The notes: a model not told the origin generated them from the letters alone. A DNA stretch of 64,000 bases from Azolla caroliniana (GCA_043228905.1 JBHGNT010000006.1:2294001-2358000); one strand, 5' to 3'. Shown: positions 47,475 through 61,545, numbered from the stretch's first letter. Made by a program: numbers and translations.

Positions 47475-50400
47475 CTCTGGCTTCTCCTCCTCCTCCTCCT
47501 CCTCCTAGCATCCCTTCTCATTCACCGAAACACACAAAACACATATTAAACCCTAATCAAGGGAAAATATAGAAATAAATATTACTTGATTTCCTTACTA
47601 ATCTTATAACTAAGTCAATGTATGCATCCATTTTTATTATGAGGTTCAGGCCCACTTTTGTAATTATATTTCTTGTATTGCTTTCCCAGTCAAAATCCGT
47701 TGCTAAAAACAATCAACCCCTAAAAGCAAACACCATCCCATCCATTTGCCTCTATCATTCTCGGAGTTAAAAAGACCCGCATCACGTCTACCGCATTTCG
47801 TCATTCTCGCTCACTTCGGTGTCCTCCCATGGCCTTCGAGGTTTTTGCATAAACCCATGGGACCCAAAAGTCCCTCACCACATGAAGTGGGGCATTATTT
47901 CCGAAGAAAAGAATGACATTTCGAATGATTACTCCAAGTCTTTCTTCCTCCTTTTCTTCTTTTTCGTGAATAGTAATTGCAATATGTACAAATTGTATAA
48001 CTACGATGGGTGGGTGTGCAATGTCCAAATGAAACCCATCGGATTCCCCGGATTGACCAATTCCTTTGTGTTACCAAACGGCCCACATGATTTCCTATAT
48101 GTTTGCTAACATCCCTCTCTATATAGTGACTCTCTCCCCCTTTTTGCTCTCAGACATCTACAATATAGGAGAAACCATTTATATCTGCTCTCTATTTAAG
48201 CATAGAAGCGAGCCAATGGAAAATACATTTTCGACTTGTGGCTGGCTATTCACTTTTGCACCAAAAGAGGAGACTATTTCGCAATGCTCTTTTTAGGTTC
48301 GAAGAACGTCAATATATGATTGTCATTGTCATCATCTCATTGAAAGGTGGTGTCCCATATGATTTTTTATTTGAAGACCTATTTCTCGAGACTAGCAACT
48401 CCTTCATGTGGAAATGCTTCATTTTAAGTCTTATAACACGTGATATTTCTTCAAACACCATCACATATATAGTATTGAGAAAAAAATTCGAGCATGTACG
48501 ACTTTTCTATAGGTTTTAAGTTATTTTTCCAAACTAATAACTCCATCAAGGTCAAAAGATCTCGTTTTAAGTCACATAACACAATATTTTGTCAAACTTC
48601 ATCATATATATAGTATTGAGAAAATATCTCGAGTATGCAATACTTCTCTATAGGCATTAACATAAACATACAATTATCTCTTCAAGTTGCATTGAGGATG
48701 CAATCACATCTACATAGTGCTTCAAGACAAAGTCAATTACGTGTTTATTAAAAAGTTTACAAGTTGTGGTTGGGGCTAATTAAACGAAATCAACTAAGTA
48801 CAACAAAAACATATCACTTTTGTGCTATATTGCTATCATTTTGTAGTATTTTCCGAGAAATTCTTTAAGTTTCTAGTGGAGCAAATGGATAACTAACAAA
48901 GGTATTAATTACTCAAGAGATCATTCTCGAAAATATTCTCCAAGCAAAATGTGGTTTAAGACATAAGTGTCACAAAATTTTAACAATTGCATGTTTCCCA
49001 AAATGTGGCAATCATGCTGCTAACCTTTTGCACATAATGAATCCTACAATAATATCAAAACGACAAGAATTCGTAACAGTTTCATTAAAACTCCTCAAAT
49101 GTGGAAAAATCGCACACACGATGACTTTCTTTTGTAGATAGATTGAAAATACACCCACAAGTTAGAAAAGCTGGGGACATAATGTTTAACCATGCCAATA
49201 GCTTTTTAATCAAAAAACCAATTTTCAAAAGTTTTTACATGAAACAGTTATTTCCATTCTTTCATTTTTATGATATGAGATTGTGTTGATGGTCTTTTGC
49301 ATCTCTATGAATTCTCGAAAAAAATTTATTGCTATCTAAAAGTTTTGCATTAATGGTCAACTTATTTCAACAAACATTGCTATCATTGACCTAAGCACCA
49401 TGCCTTGAACTACAAAAAGTGATATTTTATTTTGAATTATTAATCGTATGAATTCAAGATAAGTGGACATATAAAGGACTTCTTAAAAATGAGGGGAAAT
49501 ATTGGAGAGAACTCTATCACTAGATCATTTTAGCCTCCGCGTAATATGCACTAAAAGGATGGTCAGTCCAAAATATCCCATGAATGGTACCACCAAAGAT
49601 GATGGAAAAGAAACATGAGGGGAAGACATGATCACCTTGACCAATCAAGGTGAGGTTCCCACATCGTCAAACTAGAGAATTATTCAAACAACAAATACAT
49701 AGCTTCATCACACGATCAATCTAGAGAAACGGAGTCTTCAATGCAGCATACATGTACACAATGACTCATTTCTACTAAATAGAATAAACTTATAATAAAT
49801 AGTGTTAGTTTCATCTAAAGAAGCCTACAAGAAAATGAACACAAACTTGACACTTAATCACAACTACATTTTTGTAGTCTAAAGACACTTACAAGAAAAC
49901 GAACACAAACTTGCCACTCAATCACTACTACATTTTTGTAGTCTTTACGAAGTTCAAGAGCACGTATGATCCTTCTTTATTATGTTAAAAGTCATCAAAT
50001 ATCTAATTCTACAATGAATGAATGTTTTAGTAATGGTAAAATCGTCACTAACATGATGGGTTTTCATTTGTTTCTTTCATGATCATACATGAAGCAATCA
50101 CAAAGATTCTAAGAACAAGTTTAACGAATCAACAAGTAACACATCAAAGACTTTTATAAACACTAATTTGTTCTCAAGCCTACACACCTAAATTTGAAAT
50201 CCTCCTCTCTAAACCGGCACCAATGTAATTATTCAAAAAGTAAATCCCCCACATCAAGAGTAAGTAAAACTTTGTGAAGACCAATTTACTCTCAAAGTTA
50301 TGAATGGTAAAATTTGCAACCTCCTTCAAACTGTGACAATGCAAAAAATTCACCAAACACATCCACCATGTCAAGATCAGATAATTTTGTCCAACCAATT

Positions 50401-50891
50401 TACTCTCAGGTCTAAGCGCACATAAATTGGCAATCCCCATGTCAAGGTCAAAAAATTTGGCATCCAATGTCCCTGCTTTATACTACTTTGGAAACATTTG
50501 CAAAGGATGCTCTTATTTAATCAAGAACAAAAGTTGATAAGACAGTACATACATTGTCCATTGATGCTTTCATCAATCGAGAACAGAAGTTACCAGACTG
50601 AACGAGAATCACATTCATAAGGTGCTCAAAACTATCATAATATATTGTTTGTTACAAAGAATTCCAAATGTTAGTAATCCTCTCAAACTGGGCTGATTCT
50701 TCCTCTAAGAGTCTTTTGCAATCCAAGCTGTTTTTTTCTTTCTTTTATCTCACATACAAAAAGACGGCATGATCAATTTATATTGGGGTAAATACGAGGT
50801 AATACTTAAGAACTGGAAGAGAATTATCTTCCACATACTATACAAGTTAGCCTTTTTAATTTGAAGTGTAATAGAGTGTTGTTCTTCGAGT

Positions 50892-53531
50892 TCACCATCT
50901 ATCTTGATCTCTAATCCACTTTGTCGCAACCCACTTTTCGCCTTTCACAACCGGGCAACTACCATGTAAAGATGTCTGGATAAAGAAACCTTTCATAAGA
51001 AATAATGTTTTTGGCACATATGTCTGGATAAAAGAACACCACATGCGAGATAGATATAGATTTTTTAATAGGTTTTACCTTATCGAAAGTTCCATTGTTG
51101 AACATCGAATAAAATAGAAGAGCATCTCCTCTACGAGGCTTCACTTTTAGACCAATACATTGCTTGTAGTCATAGTTGATGTTCATGTTTTGGTAATTCT
51201 ATAAGTAAAGAGAGGACAAAATCATGCAATCAGCTGTGGTATGTTTACCCAGGTTTCACACTACATATGTTAAATTTTTTGACAATACTAGGATTTTTAC
51301 TTAACCTCAAACGGAAACATGGTCTCTCCGCCCTCCTCCACATCCGAGAGATACAAAAGAAAAGATGCCATCTGTGAAATAATTAATATTTGCAATGTCT
51401 TAATGAAAGCGACTGTTTCCAGTTGCATCGTACTTGTAATGAATTGATTTGAAACAAGCAGCATATAACAAAATTAAACTAATATTTAGCATATACTTCT
51501 TACCCACACTATAATACTTACTAAAACACACTTATGCATTTAAAAAAGGGTTTAATATGAGAAGGTTCCAAGGCATCATTTGCAGTCATATGAGAGTAAT
51601 TTCCATTAATATATGTGTGCAAATCAAGTATTTGTCTCAATTTTTTACTTCAGACAGTTGCAAAACTACTAAAAAAAATGCAAAAAAGTGTCGTGGAAGA
51701 TTGATTGCTTACTCTTTGGCTCTTTTGAGGACCATATTCCTCAGGATTGAAGAAATCATAGTGGCTGTTGTACTTTTGACCTATTTCATACCGCAGCACA
51801 TTGAATGCCTAGAATAATATATGAACCCAAAACCATATTAAATATTTCTGCGAAAACGAATACAGATAGGCAAAAAGTCCAACTGATAAGTAAATACCTC
51901 GCCATGAGAAACGGGCACCATTGTAGCTCTTGCCATCTTTTCCTCGACCCAAGCTAGAGTTCCTGTTTTGTCTTGTTTCGCAGAGAGAAATGTACCAGAG
52001 CTGAAAAAATAAAAATAAAATTTGGATCCCCTTATTACTAACCTCTTCATCAACAGATGAGAAAATTTTACAAAAGAATGTAAATAGAAGCATAAAAACT
52101 CAGACCTTGTTCTTGTTTCTTTGGTACTTTCTTCTGTCTCGCCTTTTCGAAGTGCAAGAGCTGAAGGTCTCAATTGTGCACGTGCTAAGGTGATGATGGT
52201 TTCACACTGCTCCTTACTTGCAAAATTTGGAAACAAAAGTGCACGTGGATGCCAACTAAGCACCTAGCAATTGAAAATCAATGCTGAGGAACTCTTTGTA
52301 CTTCACTAAACCAAAAAACAAAAGCTGAATACATCACGTATACTGCAATCTCCAACACACTAACTATAAGCAGCCTTATACGCTTTAACATGCCTCATAC
52401 TATATACACATTGATAACAATAGGGAGTATTTTACTTGGAACTGTATGTCACTAATGTAGTTATCACCAGTCTCGCCGTGATCAAAATTATCTGAATCTT
52501 TTCCTTGAGGAATCTCTAGTGACTTTCTACCGTGCTGAGCATTAGCTTGTGAACCCTCAGGCAATAGTTTCTGCAACGGAAGCAGATACATAGTTAGTTA
52601 GTCATCTCCCATCATTCACAGTATAAAATTCTTTGGCACGACATTATAGACCATGATGCAACATTGTTCGATATTAAAAGGTAAAAGATCCATAGCCACT
52701 TTAGCCCTGGGCATGGTATGCAATGACATGAATAATTTTTGGGGTTCCAAAGCTGAGGAAAGAAATATCCTTTTATGCGAGCATACACAAATGTGATCAG
52801 GGGGAAATCTTCTTTTAGCTTTTCAGAGCAGCACAATCCATATTTGTTTGGGTTCGTGGCACATCAAAACTGTCATCAATGGTGTTATATTATCATTGAA
52901 AATATTGTCATAAACTCATCCTTAATTCACAATATCTTTACCATAGCATTCGGCTACCATTCAAACTACCCTTGGATATGCAGATTGGCATGGCATCAGA
53001 TATGGTATAACATTTATTCATTTAAGATCTTAATTACACACCAGTCCTTTCACTAGATTTAACTGCTATCACATGGTTAAATTTAAGCCCCTCCTGGAAT
53101 TATAATATCAAAGGATCTTTTAAAGATCTTTTAGAATGATATATTTTTTCCATAGAACAGAGCCCATGATATATTTGCCAAAACATTTGGCTATTCTTCA
53201 AGCCTAGAAGGATTTGTACCATCGAAGGTACTCTATTACCCATTTAAGATCTAATAGTAGTAAACAGATCCTTCATACGAGATTATGATCCATATATAGT
53301 CATCATAACAAGACCTTACAACAATCGTATCCTTGTCTAGCTTTTTTTTCTAGGTAGAGTTGGAAGAAAATGAAGGAAAATAAAAGATGGAATCATCAAT
53401 AATACCTGGTACATAAATGCGGAAGAGCCATAGAATCCTGCTAAAAAGCAAGCTAAACAAAGAAGAAGAACAATAGGAGCAGAAATCTTCTCATAATGAG
53501 GAATCCAGCTGCTTCTGCTTTTCACCTTCAT
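50892..53531 (-). CDS. P4H: Prolyl 4-hydroxylase (P4H9-like type II membrane 2OG-Fe(II) dioxygenase), 8 exons, about 295 aa
   Basis: Exons (minus strand): 53531-53406, 52570-52436, 52263-52106, 52000-51898, 51808-51713, 51371-51306, 51198-51079, 50975-50892. N-terminal TM segment; FQVLSWHPRA, TRTSSGTF, LRYEIGQKYNSHYD (HxD), YLSDVEEGGETMFP, VKPRRGDALLFYS, SLHGSCPVVKGEKWVATKWIRD. Confidence 0.95.
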
Positions 53532-53924
53532 GCTCTAGAGTTGAAGAACTGATAGAAACCCAAAAACATCGTCAACAAAAAAACAAAACATTCAATTATT
53601 TAATCATTTAATCATTTAATCATTTAATCATTTTAATTTTGATGAACACGATTAGAGAGAGAGAGAGAGAGACCTGAAAAACAGATATTGGCAAGTACCC
53701 AACAGATAGATCGGTGGGGAAAACCCCTAAAAAAGAAGGAATACAGAGGAGATCGAAATTATCTGAGATGAGAGAGGAAATAAAAAGGAAGTCTTGGAGA
53801 GAGAGATGATGAAAGTGAATGCGATACAAGTATCTGAAGCAACTGGTGAAAAATCGGCAGGATTTCCTGAATAAAAGGCAAAAATTAAAATTAAAACTAA
53901 AATTTTAAAAATGAAAAGGTAAGA

Positions 53925-53944
53925 GGGGGGGGGGGGGGGGGGGG
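53925..53944. repeat. Poly-G tract upstream of P4H
   Basis: About 20 consecutive G. Confidence 0.9.
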
Positions 53945-55857
53945 CAGAGAAAAACAGAGCAGGATGAATAGATAATGAGGGAATACTTGGATTTGTTCTG
54001 TAAACACAAAAAGGAAATAAAATTAGTAATACTAGTAACTAGTGAGAGTAGTGATAGTAGTAGAAGTAGAGTCTCATAATAATAATAAAAGGCTCATTGT
54101 ATGACATGAAGATTGATTGATGGTCATTGGTAACAAAAGACTAAGCAAAAAATAAACACAAAAACGTTCTCCGGGTTTCTCTTTATTTCCTCGCATGCCC
54201 CTCAATCCCCCGCCCGACCCTCGCCTCCTCCTGTGTGTCCACCCTTATCCATCCGCTTTTTAGAGAATGTTCCTTCTCCTTGTTCCTCGTGCGCACGCGC
54301 GCAAAGTTCGACGAAAGAGTTCCTTCACCTTACGATCAGTCTTCTTCGTCACGAACCTGAAGGGTTCTTATGGTATATTGAACCTATTACGGGCTTTAGG
54401 GAAGAGGGATGTCATTGGTCCCATTACACAACAATTGGACATCCAATCCGACATGTTTTCATATTCATAAAGTTGGGTTTGCGTAAAAGTAATGTAGCCA
54501 TACTAGCAGCAAACCATGGCTTATCCCTACAATTTTGAGGATCTTACGGCCAGGTACATCCCCTATGTTGTTGTAACATAGCTTACATAAAGCCAACCCT
54601 CGGCAAGATAACGTGTCAACTCAGTTACAATAACTACAACACCTATTTCTTTTTAGGCTATGTACTTTGTTGTATTCCACAAGGACTAGATCATTACATA
54701 ATACACCTTTTGTGTACTCCATTTATACCATAAATCCCAATATCTATGATAGTCAAACACAACCTTATACAATGGGAAACACACGGTTTTGACTCCCCTA
54801 GCATAAACTTACTAAAAGGTCAACAAAATCACTCTCTCCCTCGTGATACTCTATTATTGATGCATTGAAACACTAAGAGAGAAGTCTAATCGTTGCTTCT
54901 CTTTAATTAAGTTTGATATCGTACACTCATCTTTGTTTTTATGTTATTTTTCCTTTTCCCTATATCGAAATTTGAGTTTCTTATCTAATAGATTACATGT
55001 AGTTCCTCACAATTTTTGTTAGTTTTTTTTATAGAAACTAGCATAAACCACATGTAGTTGATGCGATGAGCATATATGTGTGCACTAGACAATACTTAAG
55101 CTCAAAGTTTTCTACACTAATGTTGTGCATTTAAGTGACAGGGTATGAAACATGCAAGGTTACTTACTACATGCATAATTGGAGTGATGATGATATAGAG
55201 TGCGCACAACACTCTCTTAATTATGAACATTACTTCCTATAGACGATACTACATTGCAACATGATTCGATATCTCCTGAATGTTTGAACCAAGTGAATGA
55301 ATATGTCGTTCTACACCTACATATATGCTTACTTCCACTCTTTATAATAAATAAGCTCCTTTTGAATAAACTTTTTTTCTAGTTTTTGGAAACATCTTCA
55401 AAACTAATTGCTTTCTCTTCTTTTAAGACCTCCCTCTAATTAACCTCAAATTTGGCATAATAATATATGAAAGACATATGTATATCATTGTATCAACTAT
55501 CCTTCACATGTCCACCAAATTAAAACGAAACCTTAGTCTCTGAAAGATTCAATGCTTTATGTGACTTGCAACAGCTCATGCAATGGAACAAATAAACCAG
55601 AATATTCTAAGAAAACCAAATAAGTAGATTTCCACTAGGTCTCCATTATGTAATGCTCGGGTTGTTTTCAACCTTTTTATCCACTTCGATGCCTCGTTCA
55701 ATATGTAGAAACACCCACATGAAATTAGCTTTATGTATAGGCTTGATTCTTGAATAAAGAAATGAGCGGTGTAGAAACATATTTCAGATTCGAAATCACT
55801 TTTACAAAGCAATGACTTTTAGTTTCTTTTGATGCATACACGTTTTTTATTTCCCCA

Positions 55858-56100
55858 ACAAATAATACCACCATCTCCAAAATCTCAACCATTTGAGAAA
55901 TGGTTTACATTGCAACATAGCTCAAGGTTTTAAACAAAAATCCAATAAGTTTTTCTTAATTGAGTTCAATGCTATTTAGAATACCACTTTTGTATTTACG
56001 CAACCAATAATACAACAATCACCAAAATCTCAGCCATTTGAGAAATGATTTACATTGCAACATAGTTCAAGTTGTAAAGCCAGAAACCAACAGGTTTTCC
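55858..56100. repeat. Two-copy imperfect tandem duplication of about 150 bp
   Basis: aataatac...ccaaaatctca.ccatttgagaaatg.tttacattgcaacatag.tcaag occurs near 55860 and 56005. Confidence 0.75.
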
Positions 56101-57183
56101 TAAATTGAATCCTTGATAAGCATCAATTCTAGAGATATTCCAAACTAAAATGCAACATTGTGCCATTTATAATTGACAAAGTTTATTACAACAATTTCGA
56201 TCCTTTCCAATTACTTGAAGTTAACTACGTTTGTGTCACTTTGTCATAGATGTCTCACACAATATGATGTATCTACTCTAGAGAGAGTGAATCCCAACAA
56301 AACAACTCGAGTTAACCTTGCATATAGCCAATATAGTGCGAAAAATAACATCACAAATCCACATTTAGCTATAGTTAGGTGATGTTATATAATGAGCAAG
56401 AGAGCTCATTCTCAAGTTAGGTGATTTTGGCATGGAGTATCCATGTTTGTTCAACAAGTGGAATCATGGGGTAGTGAATAATGAGGGTGCGTGGAAGGCC
56501 TACAACAACCAAGGTGACATGTTGTGGATTGTAGACTCGCCATGCCGAAACTCAAGGATATATCACAAGACGATGGACAAAACACTCATGAATCAATTCA
56601 GCCATGGGTTGTATGACCCTAAATTATTTTTCACATTATGGGATTGAGTCTTGACAATGGGTTTTACGTGGTGCTTAGTATCTTCAATATAGTATTTTTC
56701 AGATCGTGCATGTGAAGAGTTTGGCTTCCTAACAATGGCGCTATAGCATTGCCATTATCATAGTTTCCATAATGAGGTAGCCTTTGCCACAAGTGTGAAC
56801 AAGCTAGCATCCCCTTTAAATAAACCATTTAGCCAATATTAGAAACCTTTGAATCATGCCGATTTGGAGATGGAAACAAATATTCCCATATTGTAAACTA
56901 TACATCACTTCTATTGCTTTCAAATCATTACATCACATTTCTCTCACTTTTGTGCAAGTATATCTTATATGATTTCATCTTACCTTAATCACATCATACC
57001 TCATTATGTTAATAAGCTATCACATCACATAACTTGATGCTAAGAAAAACCTACTCTTTGAACCAATAGGAAAAAAGCCTATGCATTGCTTTTCAACTAT
57101 TTATGATGATTGTGGTATTATATATGTAATACTGATGGTATGTTTAGATATTCATGACAACTATAAATGTATCTCAATCCAAC

Positions 57184-57540
57184 TTTTTTTTTCCAAAAAC
57201 ACAAAACTCCTTCCATTTGTTATAAAATTATACAGCTGTGAATGTTATATACAAATCCCAAACGCGACTTGATAGTTCCATCTTATGTGGAGGCCAATAA
57301 TGGTGCCCGATGCATGAGTTTATTGGAGAAGACCCACCTACACCATTGTTTCCATAGAGTCCATAGTGTTATTGGGCTAACCAATCCCAACACGACTTGA
57401 TCTTTGGCATTGATGGGAGTTGAGTGAACATTGTCGGTGGTGGAAAACAAGACCTCTTGTGCCTTTATCACCAATGTCATCCCCCTGCTCCTAATGTTTG
57501 TATCTGTCAATTGGGGCCTCCCACGATAACCGACATATCA
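57184..57540 (-). mobile_element. Short 3' fragment of the same LINE family as 9716-10979
   Basis: The peptide MTLVIKAQEVLFSTTDNVHSTP...VSPITLWTLWKQWCRWVFSN matches the 9787-10164 ORF (MTLVIKAQGVFFSSSGNVHSSP...VSPITLWIQWKQQCRQVFSN). Both share a 3' end (aaaactccttc.att.gttataaa...gatagttccatcttatgtgga) and have a T-rich tail on the + strand. Confidence 0.8.
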
Positions 57541-58795
57541 AAACCTTAATATTATATGAGCACAAATAAACTTTGAAAACCTTAATATTATTTAAGCATG
57601 AACAAAACTTTGAAAGCCCTTATATTATTTGAACATGAACAAGTTACAATTCAATTGCAATTGCAATTGCATATAAGGAAGCTTAGGTTAATATATGAAT
57701 CTATAAAAGAACTCTAGAAAACTCCACCCATGAAATATAGCGTACCCAAAGCTTCATAAAGGATTCAGCTTCCAATGTCGGTACAAATAATTTCCATGGT
57801 GTTTACTATTTCAAATATATGTGGCTTGAAATTAAGTGTGATATAAAACAGTAATAAAAAAGCCAAGTTTATTTTACTAAAGAGGTTAGGGGTTTAGCAC
57901 ACATATCTATTTAAATGTTCCATTACTTCCCCTCATTTAACCATTGGTTGTTCTAATTGCAACTCTATTTGGTTTGGTGGGAACCTTTATTAGGAAATGC
58001 AAGATCATAGCTAATATTAAGAATGTCAAAGTTGTGATATACTCTCATTGTTTATAGTTGATCACCTTTTGAGGTCGATTGTAAGGAGTTCACGATAATG
58101 ATAGAAAGGTTTGGAGAGTGTTTGTTCCATTACAATAAATAATTTGCATGGTTGGTGCAAACGTGAGCAATGTAGAAGCCACAATTATACCCTATTTGGT
58201 TTTTCAAAGACTGATTTTGGAGCATACATTGACATCATAAGTTTTAGTTGAGTGATGTATATTGCTGGAAGTTTTTGTATGGGATTGTATAACCAAAACC
58301 CGTGGGGGGATGTTTGGAGCCACAATACGAATCATTTCTCTACCGTACTCAAACGAGCTTTTTTATTAAAAGAAATCGAACACACATTGTGCAATTGGTG
58401 ATATGAAGGAATCTGAGGTGGGGAAGAGTGGGGCCGAGGGGGGGATCGGATTACGGCGAGAAGGGTGGCGGAGAGATGATCGGAGAGGGATATAATGATT
58501 CTAAATATTATGAAAGAAAACAAGGGGGAGAGAGAGAGAGATCGTGTTTCTCATCGCCCTAATCTAAAAGCCTAATTGGTTTGTACGAGAGGGCGGGCGA
58601 CACACATGAGCGAAAGAAGAGACCGGACAAGAGTGCGTTCACACACATGGGAAGGGGGTGAAGGAGAGACTCGAGAGAGGCTTGTTTGTTTTTTGGGCGA
58701 GGTTATCAGCTGAAACCCTCTTGTTTTTTTTGCTTTTTTCTTTTGCTTTTGGCTGTCAGCTGAAAGTTCGTTGGACTTCGCATGGGAACTCAAAA

Positions 58796-58922
58796 TAGAA
58801 GAAGAAGAAGAAGAAGAAGAAGAAGAAGAAACAAGGAATAGCGCGCATGGGCACATTCATCGTGCATCCTTTTTTCCTCATATCCCTTTTGCTTTCGATC
58901 TTCTGTACCATCGCTATTACAG

Positions 58923-58962
<40 letters not shown>
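58796..58962. repeat. (GAA)n and (CT)n microsatellites in the 5' region of the membrane-protein gene
   Basis: Read directly from the sequence. Confidence 0.9.
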
Positions 58963-58965
<3 letters not shown>

Positions 58966-59019
58966 GTGTTGCGCACACAGACACAGACACAGACAGACAG
59001 ACAGACAGACAGAGAATCC

Positions 59020-61545
59020 ATGGAGTCTGCTTCTGATCGGACTCAGATATCATTAGCTACGTCCTCCCCGCGTAACTCCTTCATGTTTCTGCTCCCTCTC
59101 ATAATACTTGTCATAACACCTGCCTTCCTCTCTGCACAGCCACACACCTCATCCGCCTCCCTTCTTCCTGTTCCTGTTCCTGTTCCTGTTCTTTCCATCC
59201 ATCCAAACCCTCTCTTGGCCACGGTGAGACACCATTATACATTAATCTCATTATGTATGTATGTATGTATGTATGTATGTATGCATGCATGCATGGATGT
59301 ATGTATGCATGCATGTATGTATGTATGTATGTATGTATGTATGTATGTATGTATGTATGTATGTATTTATGCATGCATGCATGCATGTATGTATGCATGT
59401 TTTATACATCTATGTATGTTTTCTTTGGTTTTCATTTGTTCATGATCAATGTGCTTCTCTTTTCGAGGTTCCCCCCCCCCCAAGGAAGGAACTGATTGAT
59501 TTTCCCATTTTATGTAGGCCCGCTCGATCAAACATGACGCGTTTCGAAGCCCCGAGATGTTCCCGCGAAGGGATCCCTTGAACTCATTCCAGGTGTATGT
59601 TGATGGCTTCAATATAAAAGATCAACACTATTGGAGTGTACGTCCCCATGTTAACTCACCACTCAACCTTGGTATATATGTATGTATGTATGTTACAATG
59701 TCAATTGAGTATATTATTTAATATGACGGGTTTTGGGGCTTGTGGGCTTTTTAGAAACCGTTTAACCACTTAGTGTAAGAAACATATTCTTAATGAGTTT
59801 AATGTTATGTAACCAATTAGACCTAAGACAATCTCTGTGCGATGACGTTTAGTGGCCGACTTCCTCTATATGAGTTTCAAGTGTACATTTTGTGGTTTGA
59901 AGCACCACATTATCCTTGGGAAATCCCATATATGTTAGCATTATTTTGTGGGGTTTCTCACCTCAACCCAAAATTAATTCCCAATTGGTAACATACATTA
60001 TTACTCAAATAGAAATGTTTGCGTGGATGTATATGCATGTTAAATTAATAATATGAATACCAAAACCTTTTATGCTTTGTATTTAGACTTTGGTTGCCAG
60101 TCTGTTATATTTACAGGGATATGGGCTTTTGCAATGGCATTTATATGTTTGTCATTTGGAATAGCAACATCAATATGGTGGTTTTCAGAGGATAGATGTA
60201 TTGGAGCTGTTTTGCATTCCCATTCCAACTTTCCATGGCGACTATATTATGTTGGCATTGTCCAATTCAGCATCATAGCTATGTGAGTACGATTGGTTCT
60301 TTGTTTTCTGTGAAATTTATGTGAATTCGGCAACATAACTATGTGAGTACCCTTGGACTGAATGCTATGTAGTTTATGCCACCTAGTTGACTATTGATAG
60401 ATCAAAATGACTTCAAATGGGGTTTCCTTTTACGACAAAAGTAAGTCATTTAAAAATTGACAATTGTCTCCTGAGTTGATGATTTTGTAATATAGATTTG
60501 TGATTTTTAGGTCAACATAAAGGTGCACCATCCAAACTTACATGAGATATTGTTTAAACTTTAAATGCATTCAAGTGCCTTCAAGGTATTGCTTGTGTGG
60601 ACAGGATTTTGAAATCCATATCCATATCATATCATGTGGTAGCGCTTAAGATGACATTAGCACGCTTCCCTTATTCCATTTATTGCTTTAGGGTGATATT
60701 CCTTTCAATTGTTCAAAAAACATAAAGTAAAATATAGGATCATATAACTAATGTGTGAGGTACAAATGACTTGTAAAACATCTATTTATTAATATTGCAA
60801 TACTATTACATGACATTATCAATAGAAGACAAAGAAGAAGAAGCCAATAGGAATGCTTTGGAAACCACACAGGAACAAATAAATAAGATTGCATATCACA
60901 ATATAATAGAAGACAAAGAAGAAGAAGCCAATAGGAATGCTTTGGAAACCACACGGGAACAAATAAATAAGATTGCATATCACAATATAAACACTTAACT
61001 TCGAAAACAAAAGTAGTTACAAAATTTCAATATTTTGTTACATGTTTGCCTAAAGGATGTATGGGTTATCTGCATTTCCCACGAAATACAATGAAAGCAT
61101 TCCTTTTACTACATTTTGTTTTTTATATTACAGTACTAGTGTTGGAGTAATATATTGGGGTAGCTATGAAAGTAACAAACAAATCAAAGAGTCAACCGAT
61201 GTCATTCTATCAAATGTAGATCAAGTGATAAACCAAGTTGAGCATGCTATTGATACAGTTGAAGGTGTCACCTCCCCATTGATGAGTGAAAGTCTTAACA
61301 AAACCATTAATGATGCATGTGATAAGATGAATAGCACCGCGAAGGAGTTGCAATCACATTTTAGAGATGGGAAAGCAAAATTCAATAGAAATTTCATGAA
61401 TATGTATGCCTTTCCTTGGTGCTTGTCATGAGTAATCCTACATCAAATTTATTTTGGCTTGATTTATATAATTTGTTTCACTACAGGAAGATATTGTTGG
61501 CAAGCTCTGCTACAATAATACCAACAACTATCTTTATAGGGATTG
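59020..61545 (+). CDS. Plant multi-pass transmembrane protein of unknown function (At1g71110/At5g67550-like); 5' partial, continuing beyond the exons found
   Basis: Exons: 59020-59223, 59518-59637, 60101-60282, 61134-61403, 61487-61545; GT-AG introns with consistent phases. The family motif RRDPLNSFQVYVDGFNIKDQHYWS|SVIFTG is followed by hydrophobic helices and a helical ectodomain. No stop codon is reached and no further exon was recognised before 64000. Confidence 0.8.
59252..59400. repeat. Compound (TATG)n/(CATG)n microsatellite in intron 1
   Basis: Read directly from the sequence. Confidence 0.93.
60821..60989. repeat. Near-perfect 84-bp two-copy tandem duplication in an intron
   Basis: aatagaagacaaagaagaagaagccaataggaatgctttggaaaccacac.ggaacaaataaataagattgcatatcacaatat occurs at 60821 and 60905. 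Confidence 0.92.

Noticed and set aside
46297-47572. Numerous alternative-frame and antisense ORFs
   Set aside because: They are a by-product of high GC content within the ARM gene and carry no independent motifs.
54190-54600. GC-richer block with a 101-aa ORF upstream of P4H
   Set aside because: It has a non-ATG start and no recognisable domain or splice structure.
58771-59019. N-terminal extension of the membrane protein (poly-Glu, SLSL)
   Set aside because: It starts at TTG and is built from GAA and CT microsatellites typical of 5' UTRs; the ATG at 59020 is preferred.
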